Positions 27,339 to 39,783 of a stretch of DNA of 64,000 bases are shown piece after piece. The notes below the pieces were generated by a model. That model was not told the DNA's origin. It saw nothing but the letters and a program-made list of their open reading frames with translations, and made no database searches. The translations under genes and the position numbers were made by a program. This DNA is from Eledone cirrhosa (taxonomy: Eukaryota), in assembly GCA_964016885.1 (NCBI GenBank), contig OZ024746.1, positions 38,564,001 through 38,628,000 on the forward strand, in the 5' to 3' direction. Every line of letters starts with the position of its first letter. Position 1 is the first letter of the stretch.

Positions 27339-29468
27339 ATCAATTCTATCTATATCTCGTATAAGAATATATAACATTAGCACAAAGTAACACATTTTTA
27401 CGAAAGGAACAGTAGGATAAATCGATCCCACTTTCTGGCGCACGTAATATATTGATTCAAAAAGTAAGATAGGCAAAATCAAGCCATATGGGATTTGTAC
27501 TCCAGGTTGTAAAGAAACATAATTACTAGGCATTTTGTGTACCACTCTAATAATTCTGCTATTCCTTGCTTTTCTCTATCTAAGAAGAAAACATTATTCA
27601 CCACGAAAGTAAATAAAACGACTCATATTTTACGTACGCTAAAATTATATTAATTAATGTGAAAACCTGGCATTAGAGGGTCGGACGCCATGCTTTCCAG
27701 CATAGTTACGTCCCTTTACGATCTGAGTTCAAATCCCGCCGAGGTTGACTTTGCCTTTCATCCTTACGGGGTCGATAAAATAAAGTACCAGTAATGCACG
27801 GGGTAATTGCTGGCCTTGTGCCTAAAGTAGAAACAATTATTTGAATCGGTGGTGGATTGGCAGTATCGGTAGAGGGCGTCGGATAACATGCTTTGCGGTA
27901 TTGAGTTGTGGCCCTTTACGTTGTGAGTTCAAATCTCGGAAAACTAAGTAGCATACGACATTTTGTCGAGCATGTTACTGAATTTGCCATTCTCCATTCT
28001 CTCTGTCATCAAAAAGTCGGAATTTATCTCGTGTTGACTTCCCTTGGGATTAGCAATATATCGCTATTGAAAATGGCATTTTTAGAGGTACTTTAGTTCG
28101 AGCAGCCTCCATTCCTGTCAAATTATGCATATATAGCACGAATTTATGGAATTGTACAACTACTTGCAACAACAGTCCCAATATGAGTCCAGATATCTTA
28201 ACAGCAAACGAGTTGGTTGTTAATGCCATAATGCCAACTGAACCAAAAAGGCTACAATGATAATATTTGAACTAATATTTCAAAAGTTTATAAATCACGT
28301 GGAAGAGAAACAGATAAGAATTGTTTAGTATAATTTTCCCTGAGTATATATATTTATCTTCATAGGAGAGCTCTCAAATCCACGCTGTGCATAAAATCCA
28401 ACCTCTTATTTAAATCATAACAACAGCTAATTGTGTACCGTGGATATTAAAATATCTGATGAACAATATACTGTAAACACGAAAGGTATTTATAAATAGA
28501 ACAGAAGATGTATAAAAGACAGAAGCGATTATGTGTATTTATAATAGAAGGGTTGGAATATTCAACTTTGAATGCTTCATTCTTTTTTACGGCATATTAA
28601 CTAGCGATCATAAAATAGATTAAAAAATGTCTTCAATGGTGTGTAATAGAAGTATGTTGCATATTAAAATAACATAAATTTGAATATTGTTGCTAAATAG
28701 TGCAGAAAATAGAAAACACATAGAAAGTATGAAGTTGTTTATTAGTTGTACACTCTTAATATAATGTCCCTGCGAATAACGAATAAACCTCAACAATAAT
28801 TCCAGCTTGCATTGAACAACTCATTTCAAGCACAACAACGAAAATTGTAAATGCCAAACTGAAGCGGCAAAAGGCTCAACACAATGTGCTATAAGAAAAT
28901 CAGTGGATATTTATATAAAAACTATAGAAACAATATGTTATCTATATATTCTTTTACAAAGATATTCTACTGTATACGAGAGTAAAAAAAATGTGAATTG
29001 AAGCAAACCCATTCCATATTCCACTGTATAGAAATAAATCTTAAAGAACTCTGATATATTAACAATATGAATAATGCATATTTAATACGATATAGCAAAG
29101 AAGAAAACGTATTTGACAACGAGTGATGTTCAATCAAAACGTCGTGAAAAGATCATCTTGATTATTCGATTTATCATTTTTCAACGACAATAAAGATTTC
29201 ATTCTTTGAAAAGACCCTCAGAAAATTATTCAAAGCCGTTCTGTCATATATTCAAAACTGCCTGAACATATCCATATACATATAAATATAATCATCGTGT
29301 GTTCCTCCTCCATACTATATATGATTGGATGAAATATGTGTGTGTGTGTGTGTAGTGACAGTTTGATTTAACACTACATTACCAGCTGTTTCAAGGCGTA
29401 ATCATGTCTTGACTTATACATACATGCACACACATACGCACGCGCACGCACACACTCACATACACACA

Positions 29469-29545
<77 letters not shown>

Positions 29546-29783
29546 GTCATTACAACACCAGAGGTCCGACGAGCTTTTGATTCCAGAGTCGGGCCAGAAC
29601 GAACCTTGAGCTGATCAATAGCGAAACACACGTCACAAATCAATAAACGTAATGAAGGCTTAACAAATCGTCCTTGTATTATTACATTTATACTCTGTTT
29701 AACTCTACACCTCGCTACAAACGTGAACCTAAACATCGAATGCTCACCTGTATATGTATGCGTGTATGTTGTAGTGTTGTTTA

Positions 29784-29816
<33 letters not shown>

Positions 29817-29817
29817 C

Positions 29818-30149
29818 GAAGAAGGATAAGAATGGAGAGAGAGGTGCTTGGCCACAGGCAGTTTTATGAAAGGTGGGTGATAGTGGCGAGAATGGCTCGT
29901 GTAAATGGGCCTTCTCTGTATACCATCCTGTAGGTAAAGAAGTAAAGGAGAGGGGAGCACCTTCTCCATGTGCTCCCCGGGCAAAGGATTGCACACTTTT
30001 TCGGGGGTGTGTGCAACCCCCATCACGTCCCCTCCCTTTTGAGGTTATTTTCGATTATTTTCATGTTACACCCTTTTTACTCGATTATATGTAAACTCCC
30101 CCTTTGTATTTGTCCCTTCTTTTTATGCCTTTATGGTAAATAAAGAAAT
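29818..30149 (+). mobile_element. Tx1-type LINE subfamily B 3' fragment inside (TATC)n
   Basis: Essentially identical to the reverse complement of 48982-49312; (TATC)n on both sides. Confidence 0.93.
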
Positions 30150-30409
30150 ATATCTATCTATCTATCTATATATCTATCTATCTATCTATCTCTCTTTCTG
30201 TCTGACGTGTGGAATATCGCCGGTAAGTTTTTTGTTAATTTCTATGCAAAAAACCGATCTAATTGTTTGAAAAAAATACAACACTTTGTAGATTAACCCC
30301 CAAGCTGAATTGTCAACTGGGTGGTAATCCCATTTTTCGCCCCTGTAGGGGCGAAAATTTTATTTAAAAGTTTGTCTTAAAATATCAAATTTTACAAAGT
30401 AAAAAAAAC

Positions 30410-32287
30410 TTGAGCAACACTAGAACGCTGGAGAACGTTAATAGTGAAAAGAGAGAGAAAGAGGCAGATATTAACGTTATATCTGCTTCTGCTGCTATGG
30501 ACGTTGCCATAGATACTGTCACAAAAGAAAAAAATATATCAACATTTGAAAATGTTACAATTTCTACCGCCGAAGCGGAGAAAAATCACAATAACACACG
30601 GGAAAACACGGCAAAAAAACCCATTGACATACATACACATGAAAAAGACATCAACAACTCTACAGATACATCTACACATAAAATTTCCAACAACGATAAC
30701 ATCATTATCAACAACAACATCACACAAAAAAAGAAAATGTCTTTTGCTGACACAGTCAACAAGAAACAAGATTTTATAAATCTTGATATCTCCAACGCAA
30801 GAGATATGCTCCAGCAAGGGAGAAAATTTGTAACTTTCGAAGAAAGAGGTGGGTTTAGAATTAACTCACCCCTTGAAATAAAGGAAGACACAAACCGCCG
30901 ATCAGTCACTTTTAGGACTGTGTCAAATTCGTCAAGAAAACCGACATTTGTTAATCAGTCAGATATAGAAGATTCTTTCAAGGAGATTCTAGCAAATGTC
31001 GATTTTCTCCAGCGAGGAAAACAGTACGGAAGCGTTTCCGTACTGTTTAAAAGCGAGACACTGGCCCAAAAAAACTCTGTGACACCAATAGTGTCAGAAG
31101 CATACACCTTTTTCCCTACATACATGGGGAAAAGGACACAAAAAATAAAAATAAAAAACATACCTCCAAGCATTAACATCTGGTGGATCTTGGCTGGCTT
31201 CGTAGAGCCAGAAACAGACATAATACTTTCGATACGAAAATCCATTCGACAAAGGTGGGCGGGCACCGATTTGGAGATTCTGTTGCAAATGAAACCGGAG
31301 AGAATCTCCAAAATACCCGAAAGAGTCGTTATTGATAATAACAACAAAATAAACATTTCGGTAGAAGGAAGAAAATTTCACTGCTTTCGCTGTGGTAGCA
31401 CATCTCACCTAAAAGCCTCTTGTCCACAAACACACAACAGCAACATCATAAAAAAAACGCTATTACCAACACCAACACCAAAACAACCACCACCACCACC
31501 ACAAGTACAACGACAGACGAAACGAGCAACCACACCAAAACAAACAGACACTCAACCAACAACAACAGAAAAAACAGAGACAACACCCCTGAAGAACACA
31601 TCCCCACTCCATCCCACTCCATCAAACACTACCACAAACACACATACCGAAACACCACCACCACCACACTACATACCCTTACCCCACACACCTGACGATG
31701 ATTATTCATCGACGGATGAAGCTGCTTCTCCTTCTTTAAGTGAAGAAGAGGGAGAACCGCGGAAATCCAAAAAACAAAAAAAGAGACACCACAAAACCCA
31801 CAAAACTCCAATTACCAACACCAACACACAACCACAGACACAAACAACAACACAAACAACACCACAGTCAAACACCCCCCTATCAGCAAAACCAGCACCA
31901 ACACCACCCCAAACACAAGCACCCACCATAAAAAGAAAACTCCCAGATGAACAACAAACTAAAACAATACAACAAAAACACAAACAACAATACGCATACA
32001 TCAACACAAACAACAAGAGTTTGATGGAGGTCATCTCCCAAAACCCCAAGGTGGAGACGGAGGGCAAAACTTTCGTCAAGGCAGAATCGTCTCCACACCT
32101 TAAACTTATAAGGGTTTCTATGGAAACCTATAAAGACCTGAAAATTAAATTTTCACAGGACGTGGGCAACCCCTGCCACAAACCCATCAACCGCGTCCTG
32201 TTGAAAGGTTTCCCCACCCCACCCAACACCCCATCCAGCACCCAAATGGAGATTGAACAACCCGATCTCCAGGAAATGAAAAGGTAA
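30410..32287 (+). CDS. LINE ORF1 protein (gag-like, CCHC zinc knuckle); first ATG at 30497
   Basis: 625-codon open frame with CFRCGSTSHLKASC and a Pro/Thr-rich linker; homologous to 52666-54543. Confidence 0.85.
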   Translation: MSNTRTLENVNSEKREKEADINVISASAAMDVAIDTVTKEKNISTFENVTISTAEAEKNHNNTRENTAKKPIDIHTHEKDINNSTDTSTHKISNNDNIIINNNITQKKKMSFADTVNKKQDFINLDISNARDMLQQGRKFVTFEERGGFRINSPLEIKEDTNRRSVTFRTVSNSSRKPTFVNQSDIEDSFKEILANVDFLQRGKQYGSVSVLFKSETLAQKNSVTPIVSEAYTFFPTYMGKRTQKIKIKNIPPSINIWWILAGFVEPETDIILSIRKSIRQRWAGTDLEILLQMKPERISKIPERVVIDNNNKINISVEGRKFHCFRCGSTSHLKASCPQTHNSNIIKKTLLPTPTPKQPPPPPQVQRQTKRATTPKQTDTQPTTTEKTETTPLKNTSPLHPTPSNTTTNTHTETPPPPHYIPLPHTPDDDYSSTDEAASPSLSEEEGEPRKSKKQKKRHHKTHKTPITNTNTQPQTQTTTQTTPQSNTPLSAKPAPTPPQTQAPTIKRKLPDEQQTKTIQQKHKQQYAYINTNNKSLMEVISQNPKVETEGKTFVKAESSPHLKLIRVSMETYKDLKIKFSQDVGNPCHKPINRVLLKGFPTPPNTPSSTQMEIEQPDLQEMKR

Positions 32288-32328
32288 GTGCACCTTTCGT
32301 CCTTTTTCTCCAACTTTTCTTCACCAAC

Positions 32329-35300
32329 ATGGCTGGTTTACGAGTTGGAACCGTGAATGTGCGTGGCCTAGGGATGCCCTGGAAACAGGGCCAACTTTTA
32401 AACGACCTTAGGTCACACAGTATGGATGTGATAGCCATCACCGAGTCCAGAATCCACAACAGGCAGCAACTAACCCCCATCTTCGACGACTTTGAGATCT
32501 ACGCATCTCTCTGTCAGCCAGGAGGTGGAGGTGGAGTGGCTGTTATGTTTCGGAAGAACCTGGACGTCGGAGTACAGCAAGTACACTTGGACCCGGAGGG
32601 TAGACTGGTAGTCCTAGACGTGAACAGTATCGGAGGTGGAGCCTTCAGACTGGTGGCCGTTTATGCCCCGACCGGGCAATCGCAATCACGGCCAGACTTC
32701 TTTAAGCGTCTAGAGTCTTTTCTGGGAACGTCTCGCTCCTTACTTTTAGTGGGGGACTGGAATGGTATCCTAGATGCACGATGGGACTATGTGGGAGTAT
32801 GTCCCAGTAGAGCGGGGTGCAACAGCCTCAAAACTTTAATCGGCCAATTCCAACTGGCCGATAGGTATCGACTGGATTTCCCGACTGCACCACAGTGGAC
32901 GTGGGTAAACCGCAGTGGGACATCTAGATCGTATTTAGATAGGTTCTTCATTAGAGAAAGGGACAAGGATATGTTAAGCTGTCCACGAATGCACATGGTT
33001 GCCTATTCAGATCACAAGTTAGTCGTCTGCTTAGTCAACCGTGATAGAATACATAGACAGGGTCCCGGATACTGGAAGCTGAACGTGTCGTTGCCGGCAC
33101 GTAAAGCTTACAGTGAACGGATAAGTAAACTAGTCAAGCAACAGTTAACGGGAGCCATCGTCAACAATAGATGGTGGTACTCTCTCAAGAAAGCAATTAG
33201 AATAGAATCGATAGGGTATAGCAGAGAGTTAGCCTTAGAGAAAAACAGAATAGAAAGAGAACTAGTAGCCAAGGTAGAGGAGGCACTTAGAAGTGGCAAC
33301 GCGGCTAGAGTGTTAGCGTCGAGAACGGCACTGGACCAGTTCTTCGATGCGAAACACGAAGGCTGCGTGGTCAGAAGCAAAACACGTGCTCTAGGAAACG
33401 AAGGAGCGAAAGCTGTCAGCTGGGCCCGAGTGGCGGAGGCAAAAATTGGCAACAAGTCCACGATTCGGTCTTTGAAAGACCAAAACGGACGCGTGCTACT
33501 TGACCCCAAGCAAATGTGCGCGGCCTTTCAGCGGCACTTTGCGCGACTGTTTGAGCAGAACGACGGTGAGCCGAACGGGGCAATGGACTTTAGTTCATAC
33601 CTCGACGGCCTGCCGCGTCTCTCGAACACGGACGCCGAGTTCTGCGAAAGACCGATCACGGACACTGAGATACGGGACGCTCTGGGCCGCTGCGGGAAAC
33701 GCAAGTCACCCGGTCTAGATGGTCTACCCTACGAATTTTACATAGGCATGCCGGACTTGTTCTCTGGCGTCCTCGAAGCCGTCTACTGCAATTGGCAGCA
33801 GAACGGGAGAATTCCCAGTTCTGCAGGCAAGGGCGTAGTAACGCTGATCAGGAAAGACGAGAACAAGGGGGACGAAATTAACAACTTCAGGCCCATAACT
33901 CTGCTCAACACAGAGTTAAAGATTTTGGCCAAGGTGCTAGCGACGAGGTTGGCGCTTGTCGTCGAGAACCTGGTAGGGAAAGCGCAAACGTGTGCAATCC
34001 CGACCAGGTGCATACACAACAACCTCCACCTCATGCGATACATCATAGAGAGGGTGGGTAGTAAACCCGGCTTCGGTGGGGCTCTGATCAACTTGGATCA
34101 GTCTAAGGCATTCGATAGGGTCGACCATCGATACTTGGAAGCGGTTCTCAAGGCGGCCGGTTTCGGTCCCGTGTTCAGAGGATGGATCGAGGCGATGCAC
34201 ACCAGCATCTGCTCGAGGGTCAAGGTGAATGGCTACCTATCGGAGCCGTTCGCAATCACGCGTTCCATTCGACAGGGATGCCCTCTCTCCTCCATTCTGT
34301 ATGTATTGACTCTAGAGCCACTACTGCGGAAATTGGAGCTGTTGCAGGGCATCCCCCTAGAACCGGGACTGTGCAAAGCGGCATCGGCTTATGCCGACGA
34401 CGTGACAGTAATGGTGTCGAGCACCTCGGAAATCGGGGTGATCGGCAACATACTGAAAGAATACGAAACGCTGACGGGAGCAAAACTAAACCCAGACAAG
34501 TCTGTCGGTTTGCAACTCGGTACGTGGAGAGGCAAACCGATGACATCCGACAGCGTCGTTGGACGCTGGACGGACGGACCGGTGAAATTTCTCGGGGTCT
34601 GGTTCGGTCCAGACCTCCAGGTGGAGAAAAACTGGAACGAGGTCACGGCCAAGGTGTTTGCACTCACTCAGAAGTGGGCAGAGTGCAAACTGTCCTTGAA
34701 AGGTCGAGCGGAGGTGGCGAACACTTTCATAGCGTCCGTCATCTACTACCGCTTGACTGTCGTGCCTTGTCCCCGTGAACACCTCGCCAAGATGGAACGC
34801 ATGCTCTTCCAGTTTCTGTGGAAGAAGCAGGCTCCGCTGGTGAGGAGATCCGTCTGCTGTCAGCACCCTTCCAACGGAGGGCTGGGAATGCCGTGGCTGA
34901 TGATGCGCAAACATGCGCTGAGGCTGCGGCATCTCCAGGTATTCCTCACCGACCCCCAACCGGTGTGGGCACCGTTTGTGAGACAGGCTTTCCCACAGCT
35001 CGTCTCGCTAACGGAGCTGCAGTCCTGGGTGAAGAAAAGACCGAAAACGATGGGCGCCTGGCACATTGAATGCGCTCAGGCGCTCACAGTCCTCTGGCAA
35101 GTGGGCGCAGCAATCAGTGGAGACTCCACTTCGACATTCTATAGAGGGATTGTACGTTACAAGGGCGACGACGTGCTCGGAGAGACTCTGGGCGTCGAAG
35201 ACGATGAGCTCACCAGTATGTTTGGTAGGACTTTCCGCCCGGGACCTATGGACAACTTCCAGAGGTCCCTGGCCTGGCAGTGCTACCGAGGAGCTCTACC

Positions 35301-35775
35301 GGTTCGTGACAAGATCTACAGGCACGGACGCCCTGGCAGGGATCCTTCCAAGAGGACGTGTCCAAGATGTGCGCAGGACATTGAAACAGTTATGCACGCA
35401 ATTGTACACTGCCCGGGCGTAAGCGACCTGTGGAACTATGCAGAACAACTGCTGTCGCGTATGGGACAAATACAGTTGACTGCCGAGTCCATAGTAAGGA
35501 TCAAACCGCCAGACTCTTTCAAAAACGAAAGAGAGGCGGTTTTCCTCTGTACGGTGGCTATGGTGAAAGAAGTTATATGGTGGACGAGGTTGAGAGGACT
35601 GAGGACAGATGCCTTTCTCTCCGGACAACAATTGATTCCATTCTTTAAGTATCACTTTAGAAGGAGAGTCAGGGTGGAGAGAGAGGCACTGCACCCCAGT
35701 AAATTTACTGAAAGGTGGGTGAATGAACCGAAAATGGCCCGAGTGATTGGGCCTTCTCTGTTTATAAGCCTGTAG
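32329..35775 (+). CDS. LINE ORF2 protein: APE endonuclease + reverse transcriptase + C-terminal Cys/His motif
   Basis: NVRG, GDWN, SYLD, SDH, WKLN, KSPGLDG, FRPITLLN, KAFDRV, RQGCPLS, YADD, GGLG, CPRC..H..HC; 1148 aa uninterrupted. Confidence 0.97.
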   Translation: MAGLRVGTVNVRGLGMPWKQGQLLNDLRSHSMDVIAITESRIHNRQQLTPIFDDFEIYASLCQPGGGGGVAVMFRKNLDVGVQQVHLDPEGRLVVLDVNSIGGGAFRLVAVYAPTGQSQSRPDFFKRLESFLGTSRSLLLVGDWNGILDARWDYVGVCPSRAGCNSLKTLIGQFQLADRYRLDFPTAPQWTWVNRSGTSRSYLDRFFIRERDKDMLSCPRMHMVAYSDHKLVVCLVNRDRIHRQGPGYWKLNVSLPARKAYSERISKLVKQQLTGAIVNNRWWYSLKKAIRIESIGYSRELALEKNRIERELVAKVEEALRSGNAARVLASRTALDQFFDAKHEGCVVRSKTRALGNEGAKAVSWARVAEAKIGNKSTIRSLKDQNGRVLLDPKQMCAAFQRHFARLFEQNDGEPNGAMDFSSYLDGLPRLSNTDAEFCERPITDTEIRDALGRCGKRKSPGLDGLPYEFYIGMPDLFSGVLEAVYCNWQQNGRIPSSAGKGVVTLIRKDENKGDEINNFRPITLLNTELKILAKVLATRLALVVENLVGKAQTCAIPTRCIHNNLHLMRYIIERVGSKPGFGGALINLDQSKAFDRVDHRYLEAVLKAAGFGPVFRGWIEAMHTSICSRVKVNGYLSEPFAITRSIRQGCPLSSILYVLTLEPLLRKLELLQGIPLEPGLCKAASAYADDVTVMVSSTSEIGVIGNILKEYETLTGAKLNPDKSVGLQLGTWRGKPMTSDSVVGRWTDGPVKFLGVWFGPDLQVEKNWNEVTAKVFALTQKWAECKLSLKGRAEVANTFIASVIYYRLTVVPCPREHLAKMERMLFQFLWKKQAPLVRRSVCCQHPSNGGLGMPWLMMRKHALRLRHLQVFLTDPQPVWAPFVRQAFPQLVSLTELQSWVKKRPKTMGAWHIECAQALTVLWQVGAAISGDSTSTFYRGIVRYKGDDVLGETLGVEDDELTSMFGRTFRPGPMDNFQRSLAWQCYRGALPVRDKIYRHGRPGRDPSKRTCPRCAQDIETVMHAIVHCPGVSDLWNYAEQLLSRMGQIQLTAESIVRIKPPDSFKNEREAVFLCTVAMVKEVIWWTRLRGLRTDAFLSGQQLIPFFKYHFRRRVRVEREALHPSKFTERWVNEPKMARVIGPSLFISL

Positions 35776-36018
35776 GTTGAGGAAGAGAGCAAAAGGAAGA
35801 AAGGAGCACTTGCACAACACGCTCCTTGAGTTGAGGGTTGTTCTATCGACGGGGTATTAAACAACCCATTTGTGGCGCCTCCCCCCTATTGGGGATTTCG
35901 ATTGTTGAAATTGTTTGTTTTTATATTTTTTTACACGACTGTATGTAAAATCCCCGGCATGTCTTTGTATTGTCCCCTTTCTTGTTGCGCCCTTGTGGCT
36001 AATAAAGAAATCTATCTA

Positions 36019-36066
<48 letters not shown>

Positions 36067-36584
36067 TGTGCGTGTGTGTGTGTGTGTGTGTGTTTGTGTG
36101 TGTGTGTTTGTGTGTGTGTGTATAGACGATAGGCGGGACAAACAGGAGAAACAAAATTCAATAATCTGCGGCATAATCTCTATTATAACCGTAAAACTAT
36201 ACCTCAGTCATACTTGTGTGTGAGTGATTTAGACTTCCATCATTTCCGAAGACGATGGCTTCAGTTGATTCAAACAACGGAAATACCTACTCATGAAATT
36301 ATGTTGCTGAGTATTCCACTGACACATAGAATTTTACAGTAGTTCTCAGGGAGATTCAACGTAACAAAATATGTGACATAACTGGCTCCCTATATTAAAA
36401 CTGCGACTCAGTTTTGCCTGTTGCCTTGACTAAATAACGTGAAATAAAGTGTCTTGCTGATGACACTCCACCCGGTCAGGGAATCAAACTCACAACCTTA
36501 CCATCATGATTCCAGCTTTCCAACTACTACACCACGCGCCTTCACAATATATAACAGCGTTTGTCTGTCTGTATGTCTGAAATA

Positions 36585-36765
36585 TCTTCATGATCAAAAT
36601 CAAAATCAAAATCATGATCATCATCATCATCATCATCAACATTTTCATCATTATCTTAATCATCATCATCATCATCATCATCAACACCAACAGCAATATC
36701 TTCATCTTTATTTTAAACATCATTGTCATCATTCTCGTTGTAATTAACATCATCATCGCCATGAT
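36585..36765. repeat. (CAT)n-rich microsatellite
   Basis: Direct reading. Confidence 0.9.
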
Positions 36766-36987
36766 ATTCATTGTCCTTTGTCTACTCTACTTACATCCAA
36801 AACTATACATTTCTTTAATCCAGTTGCTATAACCGAAATTTCCCCTGTTGCATTTAATCACTTGATTTCTCTTCTGTATAGCTGCCATTGATATCTCTTT
36901 TCCGCTGCCATTTTACTATCTTTCTTTCAAATTTTTCATCCTCCAATTCAGTCCTTTACGTAACTAACTCACTCTCGTGCCATGTAC

Positions 36988-37078
<91 letters not shown>

Positions 37079-37274
37079 GAGATATACCTAACTTTCTGCC
37101 TATGTGTGTGTGTGTGCTTTTCTCTGACGAGCTTCCACATCACTGCCGCTCATCTGTCGGCCGCTCACTCACCTTCTCTCATTCATTGCTCTTTGTATGT
37201 GCAGGATTCTTTTCAAATCTCTTTTATAAGTTCTCAATATAATAGACGTAAGAACATACATACACACATGCAAT

Positions 37275-37309
<35 letters not shown>

Positions 37310-37319
37310 GGGGGGGGGG

Positions 37320-37352
<33 letters not shown>

Positions 37353-37800
37353 TGACAGACGGGCAAACAGACAGCAGACAGACAGACAGAAGGAAGGGGA
37401 AAGACATTGAGAGAGACAAATACTGGCATACATAAACTTGAAAGGGAAAAAGATGAAGGGACATAAAGAGGCAGAGATCAGTCATGACTATTGGATATTG
37501 AGAAATTTATAGAATGGTTGGGATATGAATTATATAGTATATTGAATACCACATCTAATCATTAAATTTATACCCATATAACATCCTATCTCTGAAAGCA
37601 CAAGTGAATGAAGAAATGGAAAAGACAATTTTCCTAAGGGAAACATCTAAATATTCATAAAGAATGTTACATTGACTCAAGTACGAAGGAGTACATCGTT
37701 CTATTAGATTAGTAGATGACATAGCGGAAAACAACACAGCAAATGATATAGTGCAATGAAGATATATTTTAGTTTAGCACTTGTTACAGTAAGAACAGAT

Positions 37801-37836
37801 TCTTAACGTTTCAGGTGTTAGTCCTTCATCAGAAGA
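37801..37836 (-). ncRNA. Minimal type I hammerhead (PLE type)
   Basis: TCTT-CTGATGA-AGG(actaaca)CCT-GAAA-CG-TT-AAGA; helix III is the palindrome AACGTT. Confidence 0.7.
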
Positions 37837-38014
37837 TAGAATGAGAAATAAAAGAAAAAATAGAAAGATAAAGGAGATGAAGAAGATGAAGAAATGAAAA
37901 AAAGATTTTGAGGTGCAAAGAGCACGTGCCTGTTCAGTTAGCCAATTTGAGGATGTGTTGGTCAGAATGTAACTTAAATACTAGAGAGGTTTTAAAAAAT
38001 AAATAATAGATAAC

Positions 38015-38357
38015 TTTCTTTTTATTTGCCACCAGGGCGTCAAAGAGTGGGACAAGTACAATGAGGGGAGTTTACATAAAATGGCGTCCTCAATAAGGAG
38101 GAGGCAATAACAAAATAACAAAATATAAGATATAAAATATAACAAAAATAAATTGAATAACAAAATTCTCAATAGAGTGCAACCCTTCTCCTCAGGAGCA
38201 CAGAGAGAGGGTGTTCCCTTGATCTTTCATCTTTCTCACCTACAGTCTGATGTAGAGTGAAGGCCCATTCACACGGGCCATTCTCGCCACTTTCACCCAT
38301 TTTTCTTAAAACCGGCTGGGGTGCAGCACCTTTCTCTCCATTCTGATCCTTCTTCCG
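38015..38357 (-). mobile_element. Older Tx1-type subfamily C 3' fragment
   Basis: Homologous to 46003-46382 with an internal deletion. Confidence 0.85.
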
Positions 38358-38449
38358 CGGAAGGTATGTAGGTATATAGGTAGGCAAACAGATAGACGGA
38401 TAGACAGATAAACATACAGGCAAACAGATAGATAAATAGATAGATAGAT

Positions 38450-38900
<451 letters not shown>

Positions 38901-38946
38901 TATACAGACGAAGAGACAGACAGATAAATAGTTAGATAGATAGATA

Positions 38947-39000
38947 TGTTTCTTTATTAGCCACAGGGGCACAAAAGAAGGGGACAAATACAAAGGGGGA
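38947..39000 (-). mobile_element. ~55 bp Tx1-type 3' terminus inside (GATA)n
   Basis: TTTCTTTATTAGCCACAGGGGC..AAGGGGACAAATACAAAGGGGGA matches the Tx1 3' UTR ends; GATA repeats on both sides. Confidence 0.75.
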
Positions 39001-39309
39001 AATAGATAGATAGATAGATAGATAAACATGTGAAATGTTTCTAGTTAAAACCAATAAGGCCATTATTCCATTTAGTAATATATATTTACGATATGTAGAG
39101 CGTAAATATAAGGATGTTCGGCCCTACGGCTAAATATAGTACGGTTGCCTGTAGAATGGGAGATTTGTTTATGTGCCACAGGCCAAACTGTATGCTTTCC
39201 GCCACAAGCGGATGATATGACCAGCTTCTAAGACTACTTTTCATAGTTAAAAACCTACATTGAAGCTGATAATTTTAAGCTAACGTATTTTCAGTACACA
39301 CACATACAT

Positions 39310-39410
<101 letters not shown>

Positions 39411-39461
39411 TATTTATATGCATATATACATACAAGTATATTCAAATATATATATATATAT

Positions 39462-39640
39462 ACATCACCTTGATCACCTTCACCGACCAGTTTGTCGGGC
39501 GCCAATCGGCGCCGTTGGTCACAGCACGTCGTGTGGTGTTTTAGCCATAAGATAACGCCATCCCATTCAGTGGCTGGGCGGGCAGGCCGGTACTCATTTC
39601 TACAGGTGAGTAATTTGAACTCACTACCTTTCGATTGCAA

Positions 39641-39642
<2 letters not shown>
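39462..39642 (-). mobile_element. SINE fragment
   Basis: Minus-strand GAGTTCAAAT B-box-like motif and AAATGAGTACC CORE-like motif, between (TA)n arrays. Confidence 0.5.
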
Positions 39643-39719
<77 letters not shown>

Positions 39720-39745
39720 AATGTGGAGAGGAAGCACACGAGTTA

Positions 39746-39778
<33 letters not shown>

Positions 39779-39783
<5 letters not shown>

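Larger units (their letters stand above)
30191..36010 (+). mobile_element. Full-length Tx1-type (L1 group) LINE, subfamily A, potentially active
   Basis: 5' UTR, intact ORF1 and ORF2, 3' UTR ending AATAAAGAAA, with TCTATCTATC on both flanks. Confidence 0.95.

Noticed and set aside
28090-29270. Possible decayed LINE coding remnant
   Set aside because: No motif could be read with confidence.
30293-30362. HDV-like ribozyme in the Tx1 5' UTR (GGCGAA)
   Set aside because: No P3/L3/P1.1 nested pseudoknot could be built; two simple hairpins fit better.
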